Part shown: positions 41,142-54,648 of the stretch, piece by piece | How positions within the stretch are numbered: the first letter of the stretch is position 1 | How the letters are laid out: every line of letters starts with the position of its first letter | NCBI GenBank assembly: GCA_951406725.2 | Contig: OX597835.1 | Location: 21,948,001 to 22,012,000, forward strand | DNA from: Octopus vulgaris | Lineage: Eukaryota | Length of the DNA stretch: 64,000 nt | Direction of reading: 5' to 3' | Made by a program: the position numbers and the translations under genes | Notes under the pieces: generated by a model | Database searches by the model: none | Told to the model about the DNA's origin: nothing | Seen by the model: the letters and a program-made list of their open reading frames with translations, nothing else

Positions 41142-44100
41142 CAATAATAATAATAATAAATGCGCTGATGCTGTACCAGGCTTAACTGATCTTAACTGAT
41201 TGGAAGTGTTATCATGTACATTGTTTTGTCTTGGTATAAAAGATGGGCTACAGCAAATATTCTGCTCAATACCACAGATTTGCTTGTCAGTTGTTTGACC
41301 TTAACCAGTTGACCACGTCCCTTAGTGGCTGACGATATGAGCGTTTCTGATCCTGAGCAGAACTAGTGGGGGAGCATCATAGCCAAGTGTTGAGAAGGAT
41401 TCTTTGGGGTTTGAATAATTCGACTCTGGAAACATGGGTGTTTCATTCAACATCCTTAAACAATCCTTATTCAGGGACCTTTTTGAGGAGGATGGGTTAC
41501 TCGACCAGAAGAAAATTCTAACTGGGCCCCACCTGCAAGGTCTCTTAATATGAGATCACCATGTCGCGCTCAGATGGTTGTGATGTATGTGCCTGGTGTA
41601 TCCTTATCAAACCCTAACCCTGCTCTCACCTGATACTTGTTTTATTGAACCTGAAGGAACACTGAACTCAGAATGCAAAGACAGAAGAAATGCTGCTAAG
41701 CATTTTGCCCGGTGTGCTAACGATTCTGCCAGCTCGCTGCCTTAACGATAATAATAATAATAATAATAATAATAATAGAAGCACTCAGAGAGTGCAACAC
41801 CAATATCCTCTCAATGGTTAGCCAGAGATGAGTTTTAAAACATGAATATCTGAAATAAACTTGACCGCTCTCACAGACGAGAATACTAAAAGTGAATCTG
41901 ACCGCTCTCAAAAATTAAGTAAAAAAATAGGAAAAATAATCCAGAATCCTTGTCCGGTACCAAATTGATACCAAAATATAATCAGTCTGTGCCAGTCACG
42001 AGGCCAAACATCTCTGAAAGTTTCATCCGAATCCATCCAGATGTTCTTGAGATACCTTGTCCACGGACAAACAAGCAAACACGACGGAAAACAACACCTC
42101 CACCGTCGCTAAGGTGGAGGTAATAATGAAGCCTGAAGTGTGAAGTGTGAAGTATGGTCTTTGAACTTTGAGCCTCAAAGAGGCAATGACTAGTGAACGT
42201 GACCTTTGATGATTTTGGTGTGCTTGAGAAGACACATCAAGCCAAGTGAAATCAGTCATGGCTGATGCTGGTGTCACTTGACTGGCACACCTGTGCTAGT
42301 GGCACATAAAAGCACCCGTTACACTCTTGGTGTGGTCGGCATTAGGAAGGGCACCCAGCCGTAGAAGCCATGCCAAATCAGACTGGATTCTGGTGCAGCC
42401 TTCCAGCGTGCCAAGCCCTGGTCAAACCATGCAATACATGCCAGCATGGACAACAGACGTTAAATGATGATGATGATTTCAAATTTTGGCACAAGGCCAG
42501 CAATTTCACGGGAGGGGATAAGTCAATTGCATTAACCCTCAGTATTCAACTGGTACTTATTCTATTGACCTCCGAATGGTCGAAAGGCAAAGTTGACCTT
42601 GGCGGAATTTGAACCCAGAATGTAAAGACGAAAGAAATGCCACTGAGCATCTTGTCCAGCGTGCTAACGATTCTGTCAGCTCACTGTCTTAATAATAATA
42701 ATAATAATCTTTTCTACTCTAGGCACAAGGTCTAAAATTTGGGGGAGGGGATAAATCAATTACCTCGACCCCCAGTACTCAACTGGTACTTAATTTATCA
42801 ACCCCAAAAGGGTGGCTCGTAAAAAGCACCCACTACACTCACGGAGTGGTTGGTGTTAGGAAGAGCATCCAGCCGTAGAAACACTGCCAGATCTGACTGG
42901 GCCTGATGAAGCCTTCCAGCTTCACAGACCCCAGTTGAACCGTCCAACCCATGCTAGCATGGAAAACGGACGCTAAATGATGATGATGATGATGATGATG
43001 AAAAGGATGAAAAGCAAAGTCGACCTTGGCAGAATTAGAACCCAGAACATGGCGACAGGCAAAATACCGCAAATCATTTCATCGAACATGTTAATGATTC
43101 TGCCAGCTTGCTACCTTCTTAATAATAATAATAGTCCTTTCTCCTTGAGGCACAAGGCCTCAAATTTGGTGGGAGGGGACCAGTCGATTATATTGACCCC
43201 AGTGTTTCACTGGTACTTACTTTATCGACCCCGAAAGGACGAAAGGCAAAATCGACCTCGGTGGAATTTGAACTCAGAACATAAGGATGGGTGAAATACC
43301 GCTAAGCAATTAATTCATCCAGCTTGCTAACGATTCTGCCATCTCGCCACCTTAACAATAACAACAACAATAATGGTTTGAAATTTTGCCACAGGGGCAG
43401 TAATTCTAGGGGAGGTGGGGATGAGTTGATTAGATTGACCCCAGAGTGCAACTGGTACTTATTTTATCAACCGCCAGAAGGGTGAAAGGCAAAATCGACC
43501 TCAGCTGAATTTGAACTCAGAACGGAGTGAGAAGTGAAATACCTATTTCCTATTTCTTTACTACCCACAAGGGGCTAAACACAGAGGGGACAAACAAGGA
43601 CAGACAAACGGATTAAGTCGATTATATCGACCCCAGTGTGTAACTGGTACTTACTTAATCGACCCCGAAAGGATGAAAGGCAAAGTCGACCTCGGCGGAA
43701 TTTGAACTCAGAACGTAGCGGCAGACGAAATACGGCTACGCATTTCGCCCGGCGTGCTAACGTTTCTGCCAACTCACCGACTTAACAATAACAACAATAA
43801 TAATAAATATAAACAATAATAAAAACTATACTTTGTAAAAATTATTTTCTTATGCTTTATTTTTTTTTTTATTTTTCATTTCATTTTTAAAGATTTAAAT
43901 TATTCACTTCAATCACTGCTACAATGTTTTGCGAATATTTCTTTTTTTTTTCGTGTATTTTACATTAAAAGTTTATATTTACTTTTTTGTTTGTTTTTGT
44001 TTGTTTTTTTTTTTTTTACATATCTTTTTTGTTGTTGTTAAAAGCGAAAAGTGAGGAGAGGTAAGAGTCAGGTGGGGGAAGAAAAAAAAAATTAGGAAAA

Positions 44101-44507
44101 AAAAAAAAAAGATTTTGCTAAAATCCCAATTTGTGTTAAGATAAAACTCTGGTATTCCAGCTGAAGGCCACTTTAACGAGATGATTTTTTTTTTGTTTTT
44201 GTTATTTTTTTTGTTTTGTTTTAAATCAAAGTAAATGAAATTTGAGGTAAAGGGTGTAGTTAGGTGGAGTGAGTTTCAAAGAAAGGGTTTCATTCAGTGT
44301 AGTGTTTTATATATATATATATATATATCTTAGTTTTTACTTAGTTATTTTTGGGGGCTTTTGTGTGTGTGTGTGTTTTTTATAAATTCTTTGGTGCAGT
44401 TGAACATTTTAATTTTAATTTTAATTTTTTTTTGTCTTAATTCCAGATCAGATATTTTAAAAATCAATTCAGATAAATTACATAAATACATTTAAGACAC
44501 ACATGCA

Positions 44508-44543
<36 letters not shown>

Positions 44544-44548
<5 letters not shown>

Positions 44549-44716
44549 CATAAATGAGGGCAAAGGAAAAAAATTTCAATGCCAAATATGCCGAAATATT
44601 GGACATATTGTCCATTAACCATATAATTTAAAATTATATGGTTAATGGACAATATGTCCAATTTTTCGTCATATTTGGCATTAGAATTTTTTTCCTTTGC
44701 CCTCATTTATGAATTG
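44544..44716. repeat. Near-perfect ~170-bp palindrome next to (TA)n
   Basis: Arms centred on catataattt a aaattatatg. Confidence 0.9.
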
Positions 44717-46296
44717 TTTATAAATTTAACCGTTAAAGGTATTTTTTAATATGCTGGCCATTGATAAAGTTCTTTTCGAGAAAATATATATTTTTTTTTT
44801 CGAAAAGAATTTTATCCTCACATTTGATATATATATATATATATATATATATTATACACACACACACACTCACATGTATATGTACATACACACTCATATA
44901 CATAGGCATATGCATGTACATATTATATACACATGTATATATGTTATGTTTGGATGTATATATACAGATACATAATATACACACAGACACACAAAATATC
45001 AATCAGTTTCTATTTATTAAAAATGCAATTAATTAATTAAAAACAGTACGACAATATCTTCAATGGAAAATGGAAGTGACATTTTCTGTTGTTCTGCCAA
45101 GTTGTATCTCCTACACACTAGAGACACCGTCACCATTTCATTCTCAAGCTCTCTCAATATACTACCAACAGACACCTCTATTCATACGAGCAGACCATTC
45201 CTTGGATGCAGATAGATACCCCCACCCCACCCGCTCCCCATCCCCCCAACTCTTACAGTCATGACACTCACATGTCTTTGAATTAAGATTTCATGCATTT
45301 GGAGAGAGAGAGAGAGAGAAAGTGAGAGAGAGTGAGTTGAGGTCATTTGCGCAAATATGGCGTTAGGAAGGGCATCCAGCTGTAGAAACATTGCCAGATA
45401 AGACCGGAGCCTGGTGTAGCCTTCTGGCTTCCCAGATCCCCGGTCGAACCGTCCAACCCATGCTAGCATGGAGAACAGACGTTAAACGATGATGATGATG
45501 ATGGCCCTTGATCCATACAAGAAGCGATTCCCTGGTTCACTCATACCATGCTGTTCCATACACAGAAGCTTATACAGAAACACAATCACTAACACAGTCA
45601 CAATACACACAAACACACACCCCTGGTATCTCAAAAGTAAATAGACACCCACCCTCCCCATATCATTTCATTGGCGCAGACTCTACTTGGTGCTTCAAAC
45701 TTGTTAACATATTATCATTTTTCATTTCAGAATACAGTATATTGATCGCTTATAGGAACTGGCCATGCTGCAAATATCAGACCAAAAGAGACAAATGATT
45801 ATCAAAGAGGGTAGTTTGTGGGTCAGTCTGAAGGTTGGACTTAACCAAAGCATTGGGATTCTTCTCTTGCCACCACAGTCAACAGAGTGATTGTACAGTT
45901 CACCAGCAAAGGGAAGGTCGACTTGGGCCCTCTGACAGACATCTTAGCAGATTTTTTTTTAAATAATCCCTGTTGTAAGGCAGCTGATGTTGCAGGATAA
46001 CTTTAAATGAGTCAGAATACTTCTGTGATGTTATCTCCATTGATTTGGCTATTGTGGCAGAGCGGTTGGAAGGAAACCTCTTCTTTGACCAACAAATATC
46101 CCAAAAAGAAGGGAGAAATAAAGCTCTCGAAAACGATGGGGTCTGTTTACATTTCAGATGTCTTGGTGTGTGTATATACGTATATATATATATGTTTTTG
46201 TGTATGTATGTATATATATGTATATATATATGTGTATATACATATATGTATATATATGTGTATATACATATATATATATGTATATGTATATGCATA

Positions 46297-46336
<40 letters not shown>

Positions 46337-47383
46337 TATATATACACACATATATATGTATGTATGCATGCATGCATATTTATCATACATATGCACACAC
46401 AAACACAAATGCATATAACATTCCCCAGCATTGTCATTAATATTTCTATTGAACTTTCTCACACAAATTGTAGATACATATAAATATAATATAATGTGCA
46501 TTTGACCTACTTGTGACACAATGTGTGATTATGAAAACTCACTTTTTCAGTCACTATTTCAAGTCTAATGAAATACCAACAGATGATACAACATACATTC
46601 AGTTGATAGAACTGATGAGTACCAACAATAGCTTGGGAGTTAACTCTCTAATGGACTAACATCCTCGCCAAGCGTTAGTGTCGTAGTCCTGGTTGCTTAT
46701 GTGAGGATCTTGGAATAAAGTTTGGCCCAATGGCCTGTTGTCCAAAGACAGACCTATACTGTTCTAACTTTACAATACATATCTATATATATATATACAC
46801 ACACACACATACATAAATGCATACATAGATACATATCCATACATACGCTACACTGTAACTAAGCATATATATCTTTCAATTATACATAATCTTCAATATA
46901 ATGTGTGACCTACATTATCCCCTGAGAGGGCATGAAAAACCTTCAAACACAAATGTGTGCGTGTGTGAAATATACATACACACACACACATATATATATA
47001 CACATGCATATTCATGCATACACCTACATAAATACGTATACATACATATACACACACGTATATACATCTATACATATATATATATATACATACATTGTAT
47101 GTATATATACCTATATATATATATATTTATTCACACATAAATATATATACAAATATGTATGTACACACTCATATACTTCTACACACACACACACACACAC
47201 ATGCTTAAAGATGAGAATGTGCTATTTCTTGGAATTTAGAAAAAGAAAAAGAAAAGAAAAACAAAAGAAAGAATTCTAGAATCTGAGAAGGAAAGTTAGG
47301 TGAGATACGGAATCATAAGGAGTTGCGATGTTCATTATAATTTTTTTTTCCTTTAAGGAGAAGGGAATGGGGAATGAAGAACT

Positions 47384-47529
47384 TTATTTCGTTGAGTGTT
47401 CTTGAACTAAATCTTCTTGCAGCTGAGACTTCATTTGTTGCACCAGGGACGGATTCTGCAGAATATCAACGGCCGTGAGTGCAATACATTCGGCAATTTT
47501 CAGTGTGATTTCTTGAGCATCAGGGCTTC
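47384..47529 (-). CDS. PM20D2: PM20D2-like terminal coding exon
   Basis: ctacag acceptor, phase 1; GSPDAQEITLKIAECIALTAVDILQNPSLVQQMKSQLQEDLVQEHSTK* fits an M20D C-terminal helix. Confidence 0.88.
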
Positions 47530-47536
47530 CTGTAGA

Positions 47537-47571
<35 letters not shown>

Positions 47572-47969
47572 TAATAATAATAACAATAATAATAATAACA
47601 ATAATAATAACAACAACAATAATAATTAGAAAATTACTGTTTGTAAATCTCACAACGAGAGATATTCAGCAACAGTACTTTGTAGTAAAGATTATTTGCC
47701 AACATAACATGGCAGTCCTGGTTTAGGATGAATGTTGCTGTAATTCAGTCCCTGAATATTGATACTCTCCTTCAATGTTCAATTCTTTATGATATATTTT
47801 AGCTTGTTTCATGACTAACAAACCATCCAGTGGTATGTGTTCCCTTCTTTAGGGTTGAATTCATTCTATCATCACACATTCAAGATCTTCATTTTTACTT
47901 GATGTAATTTCATTTTGGGATTTGGTTTGCAAGATTCTTTATGTGAGTTTGTGTGTTGAAACATATTCT

Positions 47970-48209
47970 GTTGTGTCTGTGGAGAATCATTCTCTTTTCA
48001 TGCCTTATAATTTAACACACTCACCGGTAAAATTTCCACTTATTTCTTCTTTTTATTTTTCTAAAATTTTCGTTGTGTCACATCTTGCAACTTTTTCAAG
48101 ACACAACAAAAATTTTAGAAAAATAAAAAGAAGAAATAAGTGGAAATTTTACCGGTGAGTGTGTTAAATTATAAGGCACCAAAAGAGAATGACTCTCTCC
48201 AGACACAAC
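47970..48209. repeat. Inverted repeat with ~110-bp arms and ~20-nt loop
   Basis: ttataatttaacacactcaccggtaaaatttccac... mirrored by gtggaaattttaccggtgagtgtgttaaattataa. Confidence 0.85.
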
Positions 48210-50082
48210 GGTTGATATAATGCTTTCCTATTTTTCATTAGTTCGTGATCAGCACTCTCACTATAAAACCAGTAATTGGTCTTTCGATTTCTTGAAGTCA
48301 TACACAGTGCTACTTCCAGCACCAACACCATATTCTTCAGTGAGCTGCTGCATAGACACACCACAATCAAGTTTCTGTAGTACTAGGCTTACATAGAATA
48401 AGTCCTGGGGTCGATTAGTTCGACAAAAGGTGGTGCTCCAGCATGGCCACAGTCAAATGACCAAAACAAGTAAAAGAATACGTTGAGTTTGAACTCAGTA
48501 TGTAAAGAACCACAACTAATACCACAAAGCAATTTTTCCCATGCTCTAATGATTTTCTCAATTAATACCCCCTAAAAAATAATCCCTTCTATTATAGGCA
48601 CAACGCCTGGGGTTAGTTGATTACATTAAGCATACTGCTTAACTGGTACTTAATGTTACTGACCCTGAAAGGACAAAAGATAAAGTCAATTTTGGCTGTA
48701 TTTGAACTCAAAGGCATTTTGTCCGATTTGCTAACCGTTCTGCCAACTTCAGCAAAATGATAACCAAAAGTTGACAGAAAGATGATAGAACGATTGAGAG
48801 AATAAAAAGCTGACAACGTTTTAAGTCACATGATCCAGAACTTCAGTCCTGGTGGTGAATAATCTGTACAAGGTTTACAGCAAGAGTCAAGGCAAAAGAA
48901 GTTCATGACAAGGGAGATAAATGTTGAAGAGACAACTACCTTGGTTGAAAAGAAAGATAATAATAACTATAATAATCCTTTCTCCTGGAAGCACAAGGCC
49001 TCAAATTTGGGGGAAGAGATTAAGTCAATTACATCGACCCCAGTGTGTAACTGGTACTTATTTAATCGACCCCAAGAGGATGAAAGGCAATGTCGACCTC
49101 AGTGGAATTTGAACTCAGAATGCAACAGTAGACAAAATTCTGCTAAGCATTTTGCCTGGTGTGCTAACGATTCTGCCAGCTCGCCACCTTGATAACGATA
49201 ATGAAATTATTGTGTATAGTGCTCAGGTGCACTACAACTCATCAAAGGTGCGTGTACAGTACATAGAATTATGTACAAAAGTCAGGGAAGTGAACAATAT
49301 ATGAGCCATGTATGCGTGCATATGGAGGGGGCGTATAAGGTGTAGTGTTGGCAAAGATTGTCTTGTTGTAAATGGCAGATGAGAGTTGTTCTGCAACTTC
49401 TTGGTGAACAATCACAGATGATCTGTTTATGGTAACAGATGATCTGCACAGATGATCTGTTTATGGTAACCGAATGGTTGTGCTGCACGTTATCTCACCT
49501 CTTCCATCAAACTGACACTTGTGTGTACAGGTGCACGGCGTGCCACTCGTCAGGTGTCGAAATGACTGGAGAGGAACATGAAACGAAGTGTTTTGCTGAA
49601 GAACACAACACACCACCTACCAAGAGCAGGATTCGAAACCACAATCATGTGATCATGAGTTTGATACAGTAACCACTATGAAACATGAGTTCACAAGATA
49701 GAAGAAGCAGTAAAACTGACATAGCAATTGCTCTAGAACTCATAGAGGACAAAAAGGGTTATGGACTAGAAGTTACCTGGGCCAGACAGACTATGAGATT
49801 CCTGGTTAAAAGACATTAATACACTCAGGTAAGTGTCAAGTTACCAGATGAGTGTCTTTGGAATTGAAGTATCCTGAAATGGATGGCTAACAATAAGACA
49901 ACTTTTATTATGAAAGACAAGCAACTCTGCTGTAGTTTGAGGCTTTAACACCTGATAACTTGTTTGACATTAGTATGGAGGCTATTCTTTTCCACTATAG
50001 GCACAAGGCGCAAAACTTTTGGGGAGGTGGTCAGTCGATTAGATAGACCCCAGTAAACAACTGGTACTTAATTTATCGTTTA

Positions 50083-50314
50083 AGGTGGCGAGCTGGCAGA
50101 AACGTTAGCATGCCGGGCGAAATGCGTAGCCGTATTTCGTCTACCATTACGTTCTAAGCTCAAATTCCACCGAGGTCAACTTTACCTTTCATCCTTTTGG
50201 GGTCGATAAATTAAGTACCAGTTATGCACTGGGTCAATATAATCGACTTAATCCGTTTGTCTGTCCTTGTTTGTCCACTCTGTGCTTAGCCCATTGTGGG
50301 TAGTAAAGAAATAG
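50083..50314 (+). mobile_element. SINE family C (others 3216-3477 -, 16088-16317 -, 22652-22838 -, 43551-43780 -; related cluster 42480-43540)
   Basis: ggcgagctggcagaaacgttagca head, gttc..aaattcc B-box-like motif, conserved cctttcatcctttyggggtcgataaattaagtaccag core; multiple copies. Confidence 0.75.
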
Positions 50315-51474
50315 GTACTTAATTTATCGACCCTGAAAGGATGAAAAGCAAAGTCAACCTCGGTGGAATTTGAACTCAGAATGTAAAGACAGACGAAGTA
50401 TCGCTAAGCATTTCGCCCGCCTTGCTAATATTTTTGCCAGCTCATCGCCAAGTATGTTCAAGAGTAGGGTCTTGGAGGAATACAATCTACTCCCTAATGA
50501 ATACAAAAGGGTGTCAGAGTGATTCAAGAGGACAAAAGAATGACTAATTGTGTAATAATATTTATTTTTTGTCTTTGGTCAGTAGGGATTATCTCCTATT
50601 TGCTTCTATTTAAAAATCAAAGCAAATGACTACTATCCCCTTCAAACTTTGTTTGATTCGCTTGTTGTCTTTGGCCAGTAAGGGTTGTCTCCTGTTTGCT
50701 TCTATCTAGAAACCAAAAGAAATCAATACTATTCCCTTCGAACTTTGCTTTTGTGACCTGGACATCAATGTTGTGAAACTGACCTATTTTCCATTACATT
50801 TCAGACAGATTCAGCTCCGAGTTGCTGAAGCAGAAATAACGTTATAGCAAATATTCTGCTCAATACCACAGATTTGCTTGTCAGTTGCCTGACCTTTACC
50901 ACTTGAGTAATTTCTCTTAGTGGCTGACAATATATGTTCATGATATCTGATCATGAGCAAGAGTAATGGGGGAGCATTATAGCCATGTGTTGAAAGGGAT
51001 TCTTTTGGGTTTGAATGTAACAAAAGCAAAGTTTGAAGAAAATATTGGCCATTTTTCATACTTTCTTGGGTTAAGCAAATAGGAAATAACAGTTGCTACC
51101 CAGGGACAAAAATCATGTTGCACAGTGTTATTTTTCTTCACCATTATCATCGTTGCTGTCATCATTTAATGTCCCTTTTTCATGCCAGCATGGGTTAGAT
51201 ATTTGACAAGGTGATTATAAGAAACAGCAAGAGAAGATGGATTGGCTTAGCACTGGGGTGAGTTAATTACAAACAAAGATGTGGCATGGTTCCTCTCTCT
51301 TAGGAGTTTGAGGACACACAATCGTAAATAACATCACCGAGGAGATGCAAGTCAGCATGGGAGACTAAGAAACGGAATTCACAACTGGAGAACACCTACA
51401 TAGGAAGGGAAAATGGGTTGGTTCAACCATCACCAGGCTGAAGCTAAACAACATATCCATACATTAAGATTAAC

Positions 51475-51990
51475 AGAGAGAGAGAGAAAAGAAAGAGTGA
51501 GAGAAAGAGAGAGTGAGAGAAAGAGAGAGTGAGAGAGAGAGAGAAAGAGAAGGAGAGAGGAAGAAAAGGAGAGAGGAAGAGGAGACAGAGGAAGAGGACA
51601 GAGAGGAAGAGGAGAGAGAGGAAGAGGAGAGAGAGGAAGAGGAAACAGAGGAAGAGGAGACAGAGGAATAGGAGAGAGAGGAAGAGGAAACAGAGGAAGA
51701 GGAGACAGAGGAATAGGAGAGAGAGGAAGAGGAAACAGAGGAAGAGGAGAGAGAGGAAAAGAAGGAGAGAGAGGAAGAGAAGGAGGGAGGGGAAGAGAAG
51801 GAGAGAGGGGAAGAGGAGAGAGGGGAAGAGAAGGAGAGAGTGAGAGAGAGAGAGAGGAAGAGAAGGGGAGAGAGTGAGAGAGAGAGGAAGAGAGAGAAGG
51901 AGAGAGAAGAAGAGAAGGAGAGAGAGGAAGAGAAGGAGTGAGAGGAAGAGAAGGAGAGAGAGGAAGAGAATGAGAGAGAGGTAGAAAGAG
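51475..51990. repeat. Polypurine (GA-rich) tract with 15-bp subrepeats
   Basis: gaggaagaggagaga-type units. Confidence 0.9.
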
Positions 51991-52013
51991 GGGCCAGGAG
52001 AGATAGAACGTAC

Positions 52014-52248
52014 CTGCAGCAGTAGCAAAATCTCTGGTGTGTTGATGACAACGAGCTCCAATGTCAAATTTCGGGTGTATGCTGGGCACAATGTGTGAGA
52101 TATTGCCCATATCTGTGGAACCACCATATCTCACCAGACCGGAATCCTCTTCGAGGTTCAGTGTTCTGGAGTTCTTCTCAAAGAGTTCAGCAAGGGTATT
52201 GTTGGATATTAAAGACCAATAACCAGGTTGTATTAGTTTGTAGTTCAG
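52014..52248 (-). CDS. PM20D2: PM20D2-like exon
   Basis: LNYKLIQPGYWSLISNNTLAELFEKNSRTLNLEEDSGLVRYGGSTDMGNISHIVPSIHPKFDIGARCHQHTRDFATAA(G); GSTDMGNxS motif; phase 0 to 1. Confidence 0.93.
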
Positions 52249-52324
52249 CTAGAAATACAAATGGTACAACGAAATAAAATCATATAAAATAAAAATAAAA
52301 TAAAAGTACAATAAAATACACTTC

Positions 52325-52817
52325 ATGATGATGATGATGATGATCATCATCATCATCGTTTAACGTCCGTTTTCCATGCTAGCATGGGTTGGATGGTTCA
52401 ACTGGGGTCTGGGAAGCTAGTAGGCTGCGCCAGGCCCAGTCTGATCTGGCAGTGTTTCTACAGCTGGATGCCCTTCCTAACGCCAACCACTCCGTGAGTG
52501 TAGTGGGTGCTTTTTACGTGCCACCCGCACAGGTGCCAGATGAGGCTGGCAAACAGCCACGAGCGGATGGTGCTTTTTACGTGCCACTGGCACAGAGACC
52601 AGACGAGGCTGGCAACGGCCACGATCGGATGGTGCTTTTTACGTGCCACTGGCACAGAGACCAGACGAGGCTGGCAAACGGCCACGATCGGATGGTGCTT
52701 TTTATGTGCCACCAGCACAGAGACCAGACGAGGCTGGCAATGGCCACGATCGGATGGTGCTTTTTACATGCCACCGGCACGGAGGCCAGTCGGGGTGGCG
52801 CTGGCAACGACCACGTT
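52325..52817 (-). mobile_element. RTE 3' UTR copy with about five internal ~58-nt units (other UTR fragments near 1-200, 19585-19985, 20594-21085, 22150-22445, 42140-42477, 42820-43000, 45358-45502, 55615-55890, 56158-56675, 61330-61520)
   Basis: Shared ggatgcccttcctaacgccaaccactccgtgagtgtagtgggtgctttttacgtgccacc core and (CAT)n/(GAT)n tail. Confidence 0.8.
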
Positions 52818-52849
52818 CTGTAAATTCTTTCAGCCTCCATCCATTGTCA

Positions 52850-53310
52850 TGCTGCTATAGTGCCGGTCACCTTCCATGCCTTGCCACTCTTAACAGAATC
52901 ATAAAGCATGGACTGGACGTTGCAAGCTTCCCACCTCAGCTTGAGCCAGTAAGGCTAGACCAAGGTAACAGTAAAAGGCCTGACAGCATGAGAATTTCCC
53001 CATTTCGTGGCGGTACGCCCACTCATCTGGGATGCTGCATGCTGTGGCATCTTCTCCAGCAGCAACTTGTTGTGGTCAGCTGCTGACCCAGGCTTGTCAG
53101 TTTGAGAAGAGCAAACTGTCAACATATCAGCTGCTCTCTGGGAGAAGTTTACGGTCGAGCCTGTGACGGTGGAGGACATCCAGTGCTCTCGGCCCTTGGA
53201 TCACATCCCTGTTCACTACTATCAGGGTGGAGATGGTTACCTGCAAGTGTGAGCCACAGGAGTCAGGGTGACTTCCAATGCATCTCCTTTGCCAAGCTCC
53301 TGGGCAATGC
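52850..53310 (+). mobile_element. Decayed RLE-type (CRE-like) LINE 3' fragment
   Basis: LNRIIK...LEPVRLDQGNSKRPDSMRISPF, then LIWDAAC after a frameshift; resembles a PD-D restriction-like endonuclease domain. Confidence 0.55.
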
Positions 53311-53449
53311 CTTTGCCAATTTTGCCCACTGGGACCATGAAGTGAGCAATAACATGACTAAGAATTGACATGGTACTAAAAAAAGGAGAAACCTACAAGT
53401 GGAACGGTACACAAGAACCAGGAAATAGTGAACAGGTAGAGTCCAACCT

Positions 53450-53760
53450 GAGAGCTGATGACGCATACGACAATGATAACAACACCGATGATGATATTGA
53501 CAACAATGATGATGATGAAGGCCATGATAACAACATGATGATGATGATGATGACAATAACAATCATGATGATAATGACAATGGTGGCGGTGGCGACAACG
53601 ATGATAATGACAATGATGAAGATGATGACAATGGTGACGATGATGATGATAATGATGATGATGAATGATGATGATGATGGTGATGATGATGATGATGATA
53701 ATGATGATGATAATGATGATGATGATGATGATGGTGATGATGATAATGATGATGATAATG

Positions 53761-53792
<32 letters not shown>

Positions 53793-54415
53793 GATGATGA
53801 TGATGGTAATGATGATGATGATGATGATGATGACGATGATGATGATGATGATGATGATGATGATAATGATGATGATAATGATGATGACAATGGTGATGAT
53901 TATGATGATAATGATGATGATGATGATAATGATGATGATGAACGATGACAATGGTGCGATGATGATGATGATAATGATGATAATGATGATGATGAAGACG
54001 ATGACAATGGTGACGATGATTATGATGATGATGATGATGATAATGATGATGATAATGATAATGATGATGAAGGCGATGACAATGGTGACGATGATTATGA
54101 TGATAATGATGATGATGATGATAATGATGATGATGAAGACGATGACAATGGTGACGATGATTATGATGATGATGATGATGATAATGATGTTAATGATGAT
54201 GATGATAATGATGATGATGAAGACGATGACAATGGTGACGATGATGATGGTGATGATAATGATGATGATAATGATGATGATGAGGATGATGATGATGGTA
54301 GTCATGAGGATGACAAGGCAACAAAGGTGATGAGATAACGAGACACTAATGACAATGAAACTGATGGTGACAATATGTGACAACAACAACGGCAATGATG
54401 ATGATGATGACGACA
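53450..54415. repeat. ~950-bp imperfect (GAT)n microsatellite
   Basis: Directly visible. Confidence 0.95.
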
Positions 54416-54493
54416 ATACTATAACATGACAAAATAATGAACAATTTTTTTGTTCTTTGTTTTTTTTGGGTTTTTTTTTTGGTGCCAACTTAC

Positions 54494-54648
54494 AGTGCAG
54501 CCTGTTGCAGTGGCAGCTCCATTTGCGCAGCAGATAACTTTGTCCACAATCGAATCGAGTTCCCCTTTGATCGGTGCACGAATGAAATATTCCATTTCTG
54601 AAAATTCTGGAATAATATTTGGAGCAATTCCACCATTCTTAATAATCC
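54494..54648 (-). CDS. PM20D2: PM20D2-like exon
   Basis: GIIKNGGIAPNIIPEFSEMEYFIRAPIKGELDSIVDKVICCANGAATATGCT; AG acceptor and GTAAGT donor, phase 1 to 0. Confidence 0.93.

Noticed and set aside
45700-46165. Non-repetitive coding-looking stretch (…[14 protein letters not shown])
   Set aside because: Interrupted frames and no motif I can identify; possibly an old TE remnant.
52500-52815. CRISPR-like repeat/spacer appearance (also 7898-8215 and 62783-63070)
   Set aside because: The spacers are homologous to each other, the context is eukaryotic and there are no cas genes; these are tandem repeats inside retroelements.
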